Shown here in pieces: positions 44,459-53,817 of a DNA stretch of 64,000 nt. Position numbers and translations under genes: made by a program. Origin of the DNA: Clostridia bacterium (GTDB lineage: Bacteria > Bacillota > Clostridia > TANB77 > CAG-508). The notes under the pieces were generated by a model. That model had not been told where the DNA came from and searched no databases. It saw only the letters and a program-made list of their open reading frames with translations. Location of the stretch: positions 4,537 to 68,536 of the forward strand of contig JAAWAM010000015.1 of the NCBI GenBank assembly GCA_022792135.1. Reading direction: 5' to 3'. Each line of letters opens with the position of its first letter. The first letter of the stretch is position 1.

Positions 44459-45436
44459 ATTTTAAACAAAAAATTAAAATACTATACAAAAGAAATTTTA
44501 AAGTATTTTAACATTACGATAATAGGAATTGGTTTTATCATCGCAATTATTTTAATAAAATACAAACCAATCTATGAAGTAAAAATAGCTGGAAAAGAAA
44601 TTGGATATACGCAAAACAAAAAGGAATTTGAAAAAAACATCCAAGAAACCTTAAAAGCAAATTCCAATAAAAACATTGATACGATTGATCTAAAAGAAAA
44701 TCCAGAATATGAGTTAAAATTTGTAAATAGAACACTTCAGACAAACGAGAACCAAATCATAAACAATATAGAAGAAAATTTAATAATCACTTATAAATAT
44801 TATGAAATAGCATTAAACAAGGAAACCATTGATTCTTTCAATACCATAGAGGAAGCAGAAGAATTAATAAAAGAAATAAAAAAAGACAAGGAAGAACTTG
44901 ACTTAACCATTATAGAAAAATACACACAAAATCAAGAAGAAGTAAAAACGACAGAAATAGAAATAGCCAAAAATGAAGTACAAGAAAAAATAACACAAAA
45001 TATCGAAAAACAAAAAGAGCAAGAAAGAATAGAAAAGATGCCAGAAATAAATGGAATCAAACTAGCAACACTACCCATAACAGGAACCATCACATCAAGA
45101 TATGGGGTAAGTAGTAATATTAGAAAATCAACCCATACAGGTTTAGATATTGCAGCAGCAAAAGGAACCCCTATTAAAGTTGTAGCAGATGGTACAATTA
45201 TAGCAGCAAGTTATAATGGTTCTTATGGTAATTTAGTAAAAGTAGAGCATGGAAAGGGGATAGAAACTTGGTATGCCCATACCAGTAAAATGTATGTAAC
45301 AGTAGGGCAACCAGTAACAGCAGGAGAAGTAATTGCAGCTGTTGGTTCAACAGGAAATTCAACAGGAAATCACTTACATTTAGAAATAAGAATAAATGGA
45401 AAACACGTGAATCCACAGAAATACTTATATCATTAA
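44459..45436 (+). CDS. M23 family metallopeptidase with N-terminal TM, probable non-canonical (ATT/ATC) start
   Basis: frame open from 44453 with no ATG/GTG/TTG until 45038; AGGAG RBS at 44443; HTGLDIA, YAH, HLHLE motifs. Confidence 0.8.
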   Translation: MLNKKLKYYTKEILKYFNITIIGIGFIIAIILIKYKPIYEVKIAGKEIGYTQNKKEFEKNIQETLKANSNKNIDTIDLKENPEYELKFVNRTLQTNENQIINNIEENLIITYKYYEIALNKETIDSFNTIEEAEELIKEIKKDKEELDLTIIEKYTQNQEEVKTTEIEIAKNEVQEKITQNIEKQKEQERIEKMPEINGIKLATLPITGTITSRYGVSSNIRKSTHTGLDIAAAKGTPIKVVADGTIIAASYNGSYGNLVKVEHGKGIETWYAHTSKMYVTVGQPVTAGEVIAAVGSTGNSTGNHLHLEIRINGKHVNPQKYLYH

Positions 45437-45533
45437 AATAGGGCAGTAGCTCTATTTTTTTTCGATTAAAATATTAAGATACAATCGACAAATTATTCTT
45501 GACAAAGAAAATAAGTTATAGATATAATGTAAG

Positions 45534-45598
45534 TGGTCAAATAGGGACGGTTCTTCTTTGACCATTGGCGAAAGAAGAACCGTCCCCAATTAGCCATT
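45534..45598. repeat. REP-like palindrome in the adhE leader
   Basis: GGGACGGTTCTTCTTT...AAAGAAGAACCGTCCC. Confidence 0.6.
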
Positions 45599-45624
45599 AG
45601 CTAAAACAAAGGAGGAATTTTTAA

Positions 45625-48231
45625 ATGACTGAAAATATAAATCAAGAAGAGAAAAAGGTTGAGCAAATGATAGATGAATTAGTACAAAGAGCGAAAAAAG
45701 CATCAGAAGAATATTTGAAGCTTGATCAAGAAACAATAGACAATATCACAAAAGCAATGTCTATGGCAGGATTAGAACGTCATATGGAACTAGCCAAAAT
45801 GGCAGTAGAGGAAACAGGAAGAGGAATTTATGAAGATAAAATAACTAAGAATATGTTTGCAACAGAGTATGTTTATCATAGTATAAAATATGAAAAGACA
45901 GTAGGGGTTATTCGTGAAAATGAAGAAGAAGGATATGTAGAAATTGCAGAACCAGTCGGAATTATTGCTGGAGTAACACCAGTTACTAATCCAACTTCAA
46001 CTACTATGTTTAAATCTATTATTGCAGCGAAAACAAGAAATGTTATCATTTTTGGTTTCCATCCATCTGCGCAAAAATGTAGTGTAGAAGCAGCAAAAAC
46101 AGTAAGAGATGCTGCTATTGCTGCTGGAGCGCCTAAAGATTGTATTTTATGGATTGAAGAACCAAGCATTTTAGCTACTAGAGCTTTAATGAATCATCCT
46201 GGAGTTAATTTAATTTTAGCAACTGGGGGAACTGGAATGGTAAAAGCTGCTTATTCTTGTGGAAAGCCTGCATTAGGAGTAGGTCCAGGAAATGTACCAT
46301 GTTATATTGATAAAACGGCAAAACTTCCGACATCGGTTAATGATTTAGTAATGTCAAAAGCTTTTGATAATGGGATGATATGTGCTTCAGAGCAAGCTGT
46401 TTTAGTAGACAGAGAGATTTACGAGGAATTTGAACGCTTAATGAGAGAAGCAGGATGTTATTTTACAAATGAAGAGGAAAAAGAAAAATTAAAAAATAGT
46501 ATGTTTGAATACAGTCAAGAATATGGTTATAAATTGAAATCTCATGTACCAGGGCAATCTCCTTTTAAAATAGCTCAAGAGGCTGGATTTGAAATACCAC
46601 AAGAGACAAAAGTATTAGTGGTTTATGAAGAAGGAATTGGACAAGACTATCCATTCTCAAAAGAAAAGTTGAGTCCAGTTTTAACCTATTATATTGTAGG
46701 AAATGAAGAAGAAGGAATTGAAAAAGCTGAAAGATTACTGGAATTTGGAGGACTTGGGCATTCTGCTGTTATCCATTCAGAAAAGGAAGAAAGCATATTA
46801 AAATTCTCAGAAACAATGAAAGCAGGAAGATTGATTGTAAATTCGCCATCTACTCATGGAGCCATTGGTGATATTTACAATACCAATATGCCATCACTAA
46901 CACTTGGATGTGGTTCATTTGGTGGAAATTCAACAACAGCTAATGTTTCATCTGTAAACTTGATCAATATAAAAAGAGTTGCGAAAAGGAGAGTTAATAT
47001 GCAATGGTTTAAAGTTCCAGAAAAAATATATTTTGAAGCAGGTTCAATTGCTTACCTAGAAAAAATGCCAGATATAGAAAGAGCATTTATTGTAACAGAC
47101 GAGTCTATGATAAAATTAGGGTATGTTGACAAGATTTTATATCATTTAAGAAAAAGAAATCAATATGTACATTCAGAAATCTTTAGTGAAGTTGAGTCAG
47201 ATCCATCTTTTGATACCATCAAAAAAGGTGTGCAAGCCATGGAAAGTTTCAAGCCAGATGTCATTATTGCATTAGGAGGAGGAAGTCCAATTGATGCTGC
47301 AAAAGGTATGTGGTTATTCTATGAACATCCAGATGCAGATGTAGAGGGGCTAAAATTAAAATTTATGGATATCAGAAAACGTACTTATAAGTTCCCAAAA
47401 TTAGGAACAAAATCTAAGATGGTAGCCATTCCGACCACTTCTGGAACTGGTTCAGAAGTAACTTCATTTGCGGTTATTACAGATAAAGAGAAAAACAAAA
47501 AATATCCATTAGCAGATTATGAATTAACACCAGATGTAGCAATTGTTGACCCAGACTTAGTTATGAGTTTACCAAAATCGATTACAGCAGATACAGGAAT
47601 GGATGTTTTAACACATGCCATTGAGGCTTATGTATCGAATATGGCATCAGATTATACCGATGGTTTAGCAGAAAAAGCAGTAGAATTAATCTTAAAATAT
47701 TTAGAAACTGCCTATGATGATGGAAGCAACAGAGAAGCAAGAGAAAGAGTTCATAATGCAAGTACAATTGCTGGTATGGCATTTACCAATGCTTTTTTAG
47801 GAATTAATCATTCTTTAGCACACAAAATGGGCGCAGAATTCCATATGCCACATGGAAGAATTAATGCAATTTTATTACCTTATGTCATTAAATATAATAG
47901 CAATAAACCTACAAAATTTGTGTCTTTTCCTAAATATGAATATTTTATTGCAGATCAGAAATATCAAGAATTAGCTAAGAAAGTAGGGTTAAAAGCAGAT
48001 ACAATAGAAGAAGGAGTCAATAGCTTAATTAAGAAAATTAAAGAGATGAATGCTCATATGAATATTCCACAATCTTTCCAAGAAGCTGGAATTGAAGAAG
48101 AAGAATTTTTAGCAAAAGTAGATATCTTAGCAGATAGAGCTTTTGAAGATCAATGTACAACAGCTAACCCAAGGGTTCCATTAGTAACAGAATTAAAACA
48201 AATTTTATTAGATAGCTATTATGGAAAATAG
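45625..48231 (+). CDS. adhE: bifunctional acetaldehyde-CoA/alcohol dehydrogenase
   Basis: TNPTST, GVGPGN, FDNGMICASEQ, GGGSPIDAAK, PTTSGTGSEVT. Confidence 0.97.
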   Translation: MTENINQEEKKVEQMIDELVQRAKKASEEYLKLDQETIDNITKAMSMAGLERHMELAKMAVEETGRGIYEDKITKNMFATEYVYHSIKYEKTVGVIRENEEEGYVEIAEPVGIIAGVTPVTNPTSTTMFKSIIAAKTRNVIIFGFHPSAQKCSVEAAKTVRDAAIAAGAPKDCILWIEEPSILATRALMNHPGVNLILATGGTGMVKAAYSCGKPALGVGPGNVPCYIDKTAKLPTSVNDLVMSKAFDNGMICASEQAVLVDREIYEEFERLMREAGCYFTNEEEKEKLKNSMFEYSQEYGYKLKSHVPGQSPFKIAQEAGFEIPQETKVLVVYEEGIGQDYPFSKEKLSPVLTYYIVGNEEEGIEKAERLLEFGGLGHSAVIHSEKEESILKFSETMKAGRLIVNSPSTHGAIGDIYNTNMPSLTLGCGSFGGNSTTANVSSVNLINIKRVAKRRVNMQWFKVPEKIYFEAGSIAYLEKMPDIERAFIVTDESMIKLGYVDKILYHLRKRNQYVHSEIFSEVESDPSFDTIKKGVQAMESFKPDVIIALGGGSPIDAAKGMWLFYEHPDADVEGLKLKFMDIRKRTYKFPKLGTKSKMVAIPTTSGTGSEVTSFAVITDKEKNKKYPLADYELTPDVAIVDPDLVMSLPKSITADTGMDVLTHAIEAYVSNMASDYTDGLAEKAVELILKYLETAYDDGSNREARERVHNASTIAGMAFTNAFLGINHSLAHKMGAEFHMPHGRINAILLPYVIKYNSNKPTKFVSFPKYEYFIADQKYQELAKKVGLKADTIEEGVNSLIKKIKEMNAHMNIPQSFQEAGIEEEEFLAKVDILADRAFEDQCTTANPRVPLVTELKQILLDSYYGK

Positions 48232-48246
48232 AATATAAAAATAGAG

Positions 48247-48297
48247 TACACCCCAAATGTTATACTTTTTATCTAACATTTAGGGTGTATTTTTTTT
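48247..48297. terminator. bidirectional terminator / IS3-end-like hairpin
   Basis: TACACCCCAAATGTTA...TAACATTTAGGGTGTA plus T run between convergent adhE and asnS. Confidence 0.65.
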
Positions 48298-48309
48298 ACT
48301 GATATTTTT

Positions 48310-49701
48310 TTAAAATTCGCAATTTTTTGGTGTTCTTGGGAAAGGAATGACATCACGGATATTTTGCATACCAGTTAAATACATAATAGCTCTTTCAAAA
48401 CCAAGACCAAAACCAGAATGGATACAACTTCCATATTTTCTTAAATCTAAATACCAATCATAACAATCAAGTGGCATATCAAGTTCTTTCATTCGGGTAA
48501 GTAATTTATCATAATCCTCTTCTCTTTGACTACCGCCAATTATTTCCCCAATTCCTGGAACTAATAAATCAGTAGCAGCAACAGTTTTTCCATCTGGATT
48601 TAATTTCATATAGAAAGCTTTAATATCTTTTGGATAGTCTGTTAAGAAAACAGGTTTCTGATAAATTTTTTCACAGATGTATCTTTCGTGTTCTGTTTGT
48701 AAATCCATTCCCCAAGATACTTTCACTTCAAATTCATCATTATGTTTTTCTAGTTCTTTGACAGCATCTGTATAACTAACTCGAACGAAATCAGAGGTGA
48801 TAACATGATGTAATCGATCTAATAGTCCTGTATCAATAAATTTATTGAAAAATTCCATTTCTTCAGGACAATGATCTAAAACATATTGAAAAATATATTT
48901 AATCATATCTTCTGCTAAATCCATATCGTCTTGTAAATCGGCAAAACAAATTTCAGGTTCTATCATCCAAAATTCTGCAGCGTGTTTTACAGTGTTTGAG
49001 TTTTCAGCTCGAAAAGTTGGACCAAAAGTGTAAACATTGCAAAAGCTTTGGGCAAATGTTTCGGCATTTAATTGACCACTAACCGTTAAGTGAGCAGATT
49101 TTCCAAAAAAGTCTTGTGAAAAATCTACTTGCCCATCTTCTGTTTTAGGAATATTGCCTAAATCAAACGAGTTGACACGAAACATTTCTCCAGCACCTTC
49201 AGCATCACTTCCAGTAATGATAGGGGTATTAACATAAACAAATCCCCTTTCTTGGAAAAACTTGTGGATAGCATAAGCTAAAACACTTCTCACTCTAAAT
49301 ACGGCATTGAATGTATTACTTCTAGGACGAAGATGAGAAATGGTTCTTAAATATTCAAAAGAATGCTTTTTCTTTTGAAGTGGATAGCTACTATCTGCTA
49401 AGCTTTCGACTTCAATATTGGTTGCTTGTATTTCAAAAGGTTGTTTTGCATTTTCAGTTAGTACAAATTTCCCAGTTACTTTGATAGAAGAACTAATTGT
49501 TAATTTTTTAATGGCATCAAAATTTTCTAATTTATCGGTAAAAACAACTTGAACATTTTTAAAAAAGGTACCATCATTTAATTCAATAAAACCAAAAGTT
49601 TTAGAATCTCTTACGGTTTTTACCCAAGCTTCTATGGTAATATCTTTATCTACATAGGTATCGGTTTCTCTGTATAAATTTTTTATGGTTATGTTTTTCA
49701 T
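48310..49701 (-). CDS. asnS: asparagine--tRNA ligase
   Basis: [37 protein letters not shown]. Confidence 0.96.
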   Translation of the reverse strand: MKNITIKNLYRETDTYVDKDITIEAWVKTVRDSKTFGFIELNDGTFFKNVQVVFTDKLENFDAIKKLTISSSIKVTGKFVLTENAKQPFEIQATNIEVESLADSSYPLQKKKHSFEYLRTISHLRPRSNTFNAVFRVRSVLAYAIHKFFQERGFVYVNTPIITGSDAEGAGEMFRVNSFDLGNIPKTEDGQVDFSQDFFGKSAHLTVSGQLNAETFAQSFCNVYTFGPTFRAENSNTVKHAAEFWMIEPEICFADLQDDMDLAEDMIKYIFQYVLDHCPEEMEFFNKFIDTGLLDRLHHVITSDFVRVSYTDAVKELEKHNDEFEVKVSWGMDLQTEHERYICEKIYQKPVFLTDYPKDIKAFYMKLNPDGKTVAATDLLVPGIGEIIGGSQREEDYDKLLTRMKELDMPLDCYDWYLDLRKYGSCIHSGFGLGFERAIMYLTGMQNIRDVIPFPRTPKNCEF

Positions 49702-49843
49702 AAGAATTCCTCCATTTTTTTAGTATGTCCTTATTATATGCTAAATAATGATGAATTTCAAGAGAATGTTAAAATTCTTTCCATCACTTTTTTCGTAAAG
49801 GAAACATAATATATAACAAAATAAAGTGAAAGGTGGGAAAACT

Positions 49844-50184
49844 ATGTCAGAGTACATAATAAAAGGAGGAAAGAAACTAGAAGGAGAAGTAAGCATATCT
49901 GGTTCTAAAAATGCAGCATTACCAATTATAGCAGCAACTATATTAAATGGAGGAAAAACAACATTATACAATGTACCCAATATACATGATACACAAATGA
50001 TGTTCGAAATACTAAAACAAATAGGGGCAACTGTAATGAAAAAGAAAAACAAAGTTATCATAGATACCAGCAAAATAAACAAATATGAAATTCCAGAAGA
50101 ACTAATGAGGCAAATGCGTTCTTCTGTTATTTTTGTAGGAAGTTTGATTGGAAAATATAAAAAAGCAGTTTTTTCCTATCCAGG
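49844..50184 (+). CDS. murA: UDP-N-acetylglucosamine 1-carboxyvinyltransferase, 5' part (interrupted)
   Basis: ISGSKNAALP, MRSS, SYPG then break in the PGGC loop. Confidence 0.9.
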
Positions 50185-50227
50185 GGATTGCGATATTTAG
50201 TGGATACATCGGACGAGTTTAAGATAA

Positions 50228-50386
50228 ATGAGTGGATTATGGAATTTACCATATGATTTTGACATTTTAAATTCATTAGAAGATGAACATTTAATAGGTG
50301 GAAGTACTCATAAAGCAAAATCTACCTACTTAACAGAAGAAGGATTAGAAAAAGTCAAATTTTCAAAAAGAAATAAGAATTGTTGA
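50228..50386 (+). pseudogene. DUF6429-like fragment
   Basis: YDFDILNSLEDEHLI..HKAKSTYLTEEGLEK resembles the C-terminal half of that family. Confidence 0.4.
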
Positions 50387-50646
50387 TTACTATTTTAAGA
50401 GGGGAGATAATCAAAACAGACAGCAAAAGGCAGAAAATTTACGAATTGTATTTTGAAGGAGAAAGAAGATTATAAACTAGAGTATTTAAGACATTTACAG
50501 TGGCAACATGCAATTGAAATATCAAAAAAATACCTAGTCTAACTATATTCAAAATATTGTTCCAAAAAATCAACTAAAAGTAAGAATTTACCAAAAGTGT
50601 AAGTGACTTGCTTATTTATTTGCCTTAAAAAAGATCATATTTATTT

Positions 50647-50844
50647 ATGATGAGAATATTTTTAAGAGAGGTGGTGTACTTGAATGAAGAAATAAACAAA
50701 TCGAAAATACATAAAAATAAAAAGGATAAATTACCATTTGCAGTGTTTATAAGTCCTATAAATAAAAAACAAGGAAGTAGTCAAGATTATAAAGAAATAT
50801 TTACTGATATAATTTCAGATAGAATAAAACAAAAATACAAATGA
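50647..50844 (+). CDS. small hypothetical protein (probable TTG start at 50680)
   Basis: GAGGTGG RBS upstream of TTG. Confidence 0.4.
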   Translation: MMRIFLREVVYLNEEINKSKIHKNKKDKLPFAVFISPINKKQGSSQDYKEIFTDIISDRIKQKYK

Positions 50845-50962
50845 AAGAACAAAAATTTGCAAAAGCATTGAAAAAATGTTCGGTATATGATATAAATAGA
50901 ATAAATAAAATAGATTTCGAGTTGTTTAGAAATTTATAACAACTTGAAGAAAAGAGGTAAAA

Positions 50963-51844
50963 ATGGATGAAAATAAAATGCAATTAATAAACAAATTATT
51001 TAAGAATGAAACCATAAGAACAATATGGGATAAAGAGGAAGAAAAATATTATATCAGTATAATAGATATTGTTGGTACAATATCAAAAAGTAATAGACCG
51101 AGAAAATATTGGAGTGACTTGAAAAATAATTTAATAAAAGATGGATTTGAAGTGTCCGAAAAAATCGGACAGTTGAAATTGAAATCACAAGATGGGAAAT
51201 ATCGTATGACAGATGTTACTGACATAGAAGGAATGTTTCGAATAATAGAATCAATTCCTTCAAAAAATGCTGAATCAATTAAACAATGGTTAGCACATTT
51301 AGGAAAAGAAAAAATTGATGAGACTTTTGATCCATCAATAGCATTACACAGAGCAATTGATTTATATAGAGCAAAAGGTTATGATGAAGAATGGATTGCA
51401 AAAAGAATCAAATCAATTCAAGAAAGAAAAAAATTAACAGATGTATGGAAAGAAAATGGAATAAAAGATAATATCGAATATGCAATATTAACAAATGAAA
51501 TATACAAAGAATGGGCAGGAATGACAGCAAAAGAATATAAGCAATATAAAGGATTACGAAAAGAAAATTTAAGAGATAATATGGATAATATAGAACTTAT
51601 ATTAACAGATTTATCTGAGGAAGCTACTAAAAGGCTTGCTGCAAAACAAAAACCTAATGGATTAAAAGAAAATATTAAAGTAGCTAAAATGGGTGGACAT
51701 GCTGCAAAAGTTGCAAGAGATGATATTGAGAAAAATCTTGGGGAGTCAGTAGTAACAAAGGCTAATAAATTGAATTATAAATATATAGAAGAAAAAGATG
51801 TTAAAAAAATTTCTGAAAACAAGAAGAATGATAGTAAAGAGTAG
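50963..51844 (+). CDS. Bro-N domain DNA-binding / antirepressor-like protein
   Basis: IRTIWDKEEEKYYISIIDIV..RKYWSDLK, RIIESIPSKNAE, KGLRKENLRDNM. Confidence 0.8.
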   Translation: MDENKMQLINKLFKNETIRTIWDKEEEKYYISIIDIVGTISKSNRPRKYWSDLKNNLIKDGFEVSEKIGQLKLKSQDGKYRMTDVTDIEGMFRIIESIPSKNAESIKQWLAHLGKEKIDETFDPSIALHRAIDLYRAKGYDEEWIAKRIKSIQERKKLTDVWKENGIKDNIEYAILTNEIYKEWAGMTAKEYKQYKGLRKENLRDNMDNIELILTDLSEEATKRLAAKQKPNGLKENIKVAKMGGHAAKVARDDIEKNLGESVVTKANKLNYKYIEEKDVKKISENKKNDSKE

Positions 51845-52060
51845 TATTTTTATGAACTAAATAAAAAGTTCTAAAATTCAAGCAAAAGCCTACAAAAAAT
51901 GAGACTATCGTAAAATTTGTGTAATTTTAATACAGCTTAAGAAGATTCCTTCTTAAGCCTATTATTTTAGGCTTAAGTCTAAATTCTGCCTTCATACATA
52001 ATCCTAAATTGGCATAAACACAAATCCCATTTACGAATCATTCTTGCCCATTTTTTCTCT

Positions 52061-52181
52061 AAGAAACAATAGAAAAAGCAGAAAAAGAATTTAAAATATA
52101 TAGAGATAGAGAAATGAAACAATTAGAAAGTGATTTTGATAGAATGGTAAAAATGTTAAAAGATAATAAGAAAAATAATTA
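52061..52181 (+). pseudogene. C-terminal fragment of a RhuM-like protein
   Basis: EKAEKEFKIYRDREMKQLESDFDRMVKML with no 5' part. Confidence 0.45.
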
Positions 52182-52223
52182 ACTAACACGTTACAATTTA
52201 TAACGCGTTGAAAGTCAAAGTAA

Positions 52224-52793
52224 TTATTTTATAATAAATTTACCATCTTTATAAACTAAAGTATCTCCATTTTGGGCATTCTTTGGAATGTCATCTATGG
52301 GGATATTTTCTGGCTTGTTAGTAGTTAGATTCTTGCAAACAGCGAAATCCATACCAATATCAGAAATTTGATAATATTCTGGTAAAACACTTATTTCTGA
52401 AAAAAGAGTAGCATAACTGCATTCATTTAAAAGTTTATCAATATGGTTTGTATTTGCAGGAATTCCTGTGGAATCTACACGAAAATCTTTTGAAGAAACT
52501 TTTTTTATAGCTTCTCCAACTTCTGGATTTGCCTCTTTTAAGTAGGATTTAGGAATATTATATATAGTTTTAGAAGAATAATCAAAACAAACAGCGAAAT
52601 TTCCCTCAAATTTTGCAAAATGTAGATTTGTATTATCAGGTAAATTTTCTAGTATTTTATCATTTAATTGTAATTCTAAATAGTTTTGTAATTCATGAAT
52701 AAAGTCATCTACAAAAGTTCTTTTAAGATTATTATGAATTTGTTTATCTAATAAATTTAAGCTATTTAATGAAAAATTTAAAAAATCGTTCAA
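52224..52793 (-). CDS. DUF3006-like duplicated-domain protein
   Basis: two FAVC..NIP..(L/I) repeats; IPKNAQNGDTLVYKDGKF. Confidence 0.6.
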   Translation of the reverse strand: MNDFLNFSLNSLNLLDKQIHNNLKRTFVDDFIHELQNYLELQLNDKILENLPDNTNLHFAKFEGNFAVCFDYSSKTIYNIPKSYLKEANPEVGEAIKKVSSKDFRVDSTGIPANTNHIDKLLNECSYATLFSEISVLPEYYQISDIGMDFAVCKNLTTNKPENIPIDDIPKNAQNGDTLVYKDGKFIIK

Positions 52794-52830
52794 AATAATT
52801 CCTCCTTATAGTATAATATATTTGGTGATA

Positions 52831-53694
52831 ATGATGAAAAAAATAAGAAATGTAATAATAATTATAGTAATGCTAATAGGTGTAAGTAATGTAAGTTTTG
52901 CACATGGTGGTAATATTACAGGTTGGAAAGATAAAGATTCAAAAAATATAACTGAATATAATGGAAAATATTATGGCTACCACAAAGAAGATGGAGTAGT
53001 CCATTATCATCAAGTAAAATGGGATGAAGAAAATCAAAAATGGGTAATTGTTATGCCTGCTGTATATTATGATGAAAATTTTAATAAAATAGAAAATGAT
53101 TATGATGAAGATGCAAATAAAGTTGAAGTAGAATTAGTAGAAACGGTAGATGGAGACACTGCAAAATTTAAAATGAATGGAAAGCAAATTACTGTTAGAT
53201 TTTTAGGAATAAATACAAAAGAAACGGTACATCCAGAGATTGGCGAAGAAGAATGGGGAAAAGAGGCAAGTGATTTTACAAAAGAAAAACTTGAAAATGC
53301 TACTAAAATTGAATTAGAGTTTGATGAAGTGGCTGATGAAAAAGATAAATATGATAGATATTTGGCATGGATATGGGTAGATGATGAGTTGTTACAGAAT
53401 TTATTAGTGCAAAATGGATTGGCAGAGACATATATGTTGCAGAATAACTATAAATATGCTGGGATTTTACAAGAAAGTGAAGAAGTTACAAAAGAAAACA
53501 AACTTGGAATTTGGAGTGAAGAAACAAGTAGTACACAAGATAATGAAAACCAAACAATACAAGATAATGATACAGAGATAAATACACAAACAGATGACAA
53601 CAATTTACTATATATAATTATTGGAATAATAATATTGATGATTATAAGCATATTTAATATAGCACATAATAAGAAAAAAGAAAAGCAGTTATAA
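52831..53694 (+). CDS. secreted/membrane-anchored thermonuclease (SNase family)
   Basis: signal peptide, VDGDT, VRFLGINTKE, DKYDRYLAWIW, C-terminal TM. Confidence 0.88.
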   Translation: MMKKIRNVIIIIVMLIGVSNVSFAHGGNITGWKDKDSKNITEYNGKYYGYHKEDGVVHYHQVKWDEENQKWVIVMPAVYYDENFNKIENDYDEDANKVEVELVETVDGDTAKFKMNGKQITVRFLGINTKETVHPEIGEEEWGKEASDFTKEKLENATKIELEFDEVADEKDKYDRYLAWIWVDDELLQNLLVQNGLAETYMLQNNYKYAGILQESEEVTKENKLGIWSEETSSTQDNENQTIQDNDTEINTQTDDNNLLYIIIGIIILMIISIFNIAHNKKKEKQL

Positions 53695-53817
53695 ATAAAA
53701 AGTTCTAAAATTTCAGTAGAAATATTGAAAATTTAGAACTTTTGACGTATAATAGCAACAATAAAACATAAAAATTATAAAAATGTTATTGGTACATTAT
53801 AAAAATGGAGGTATATC

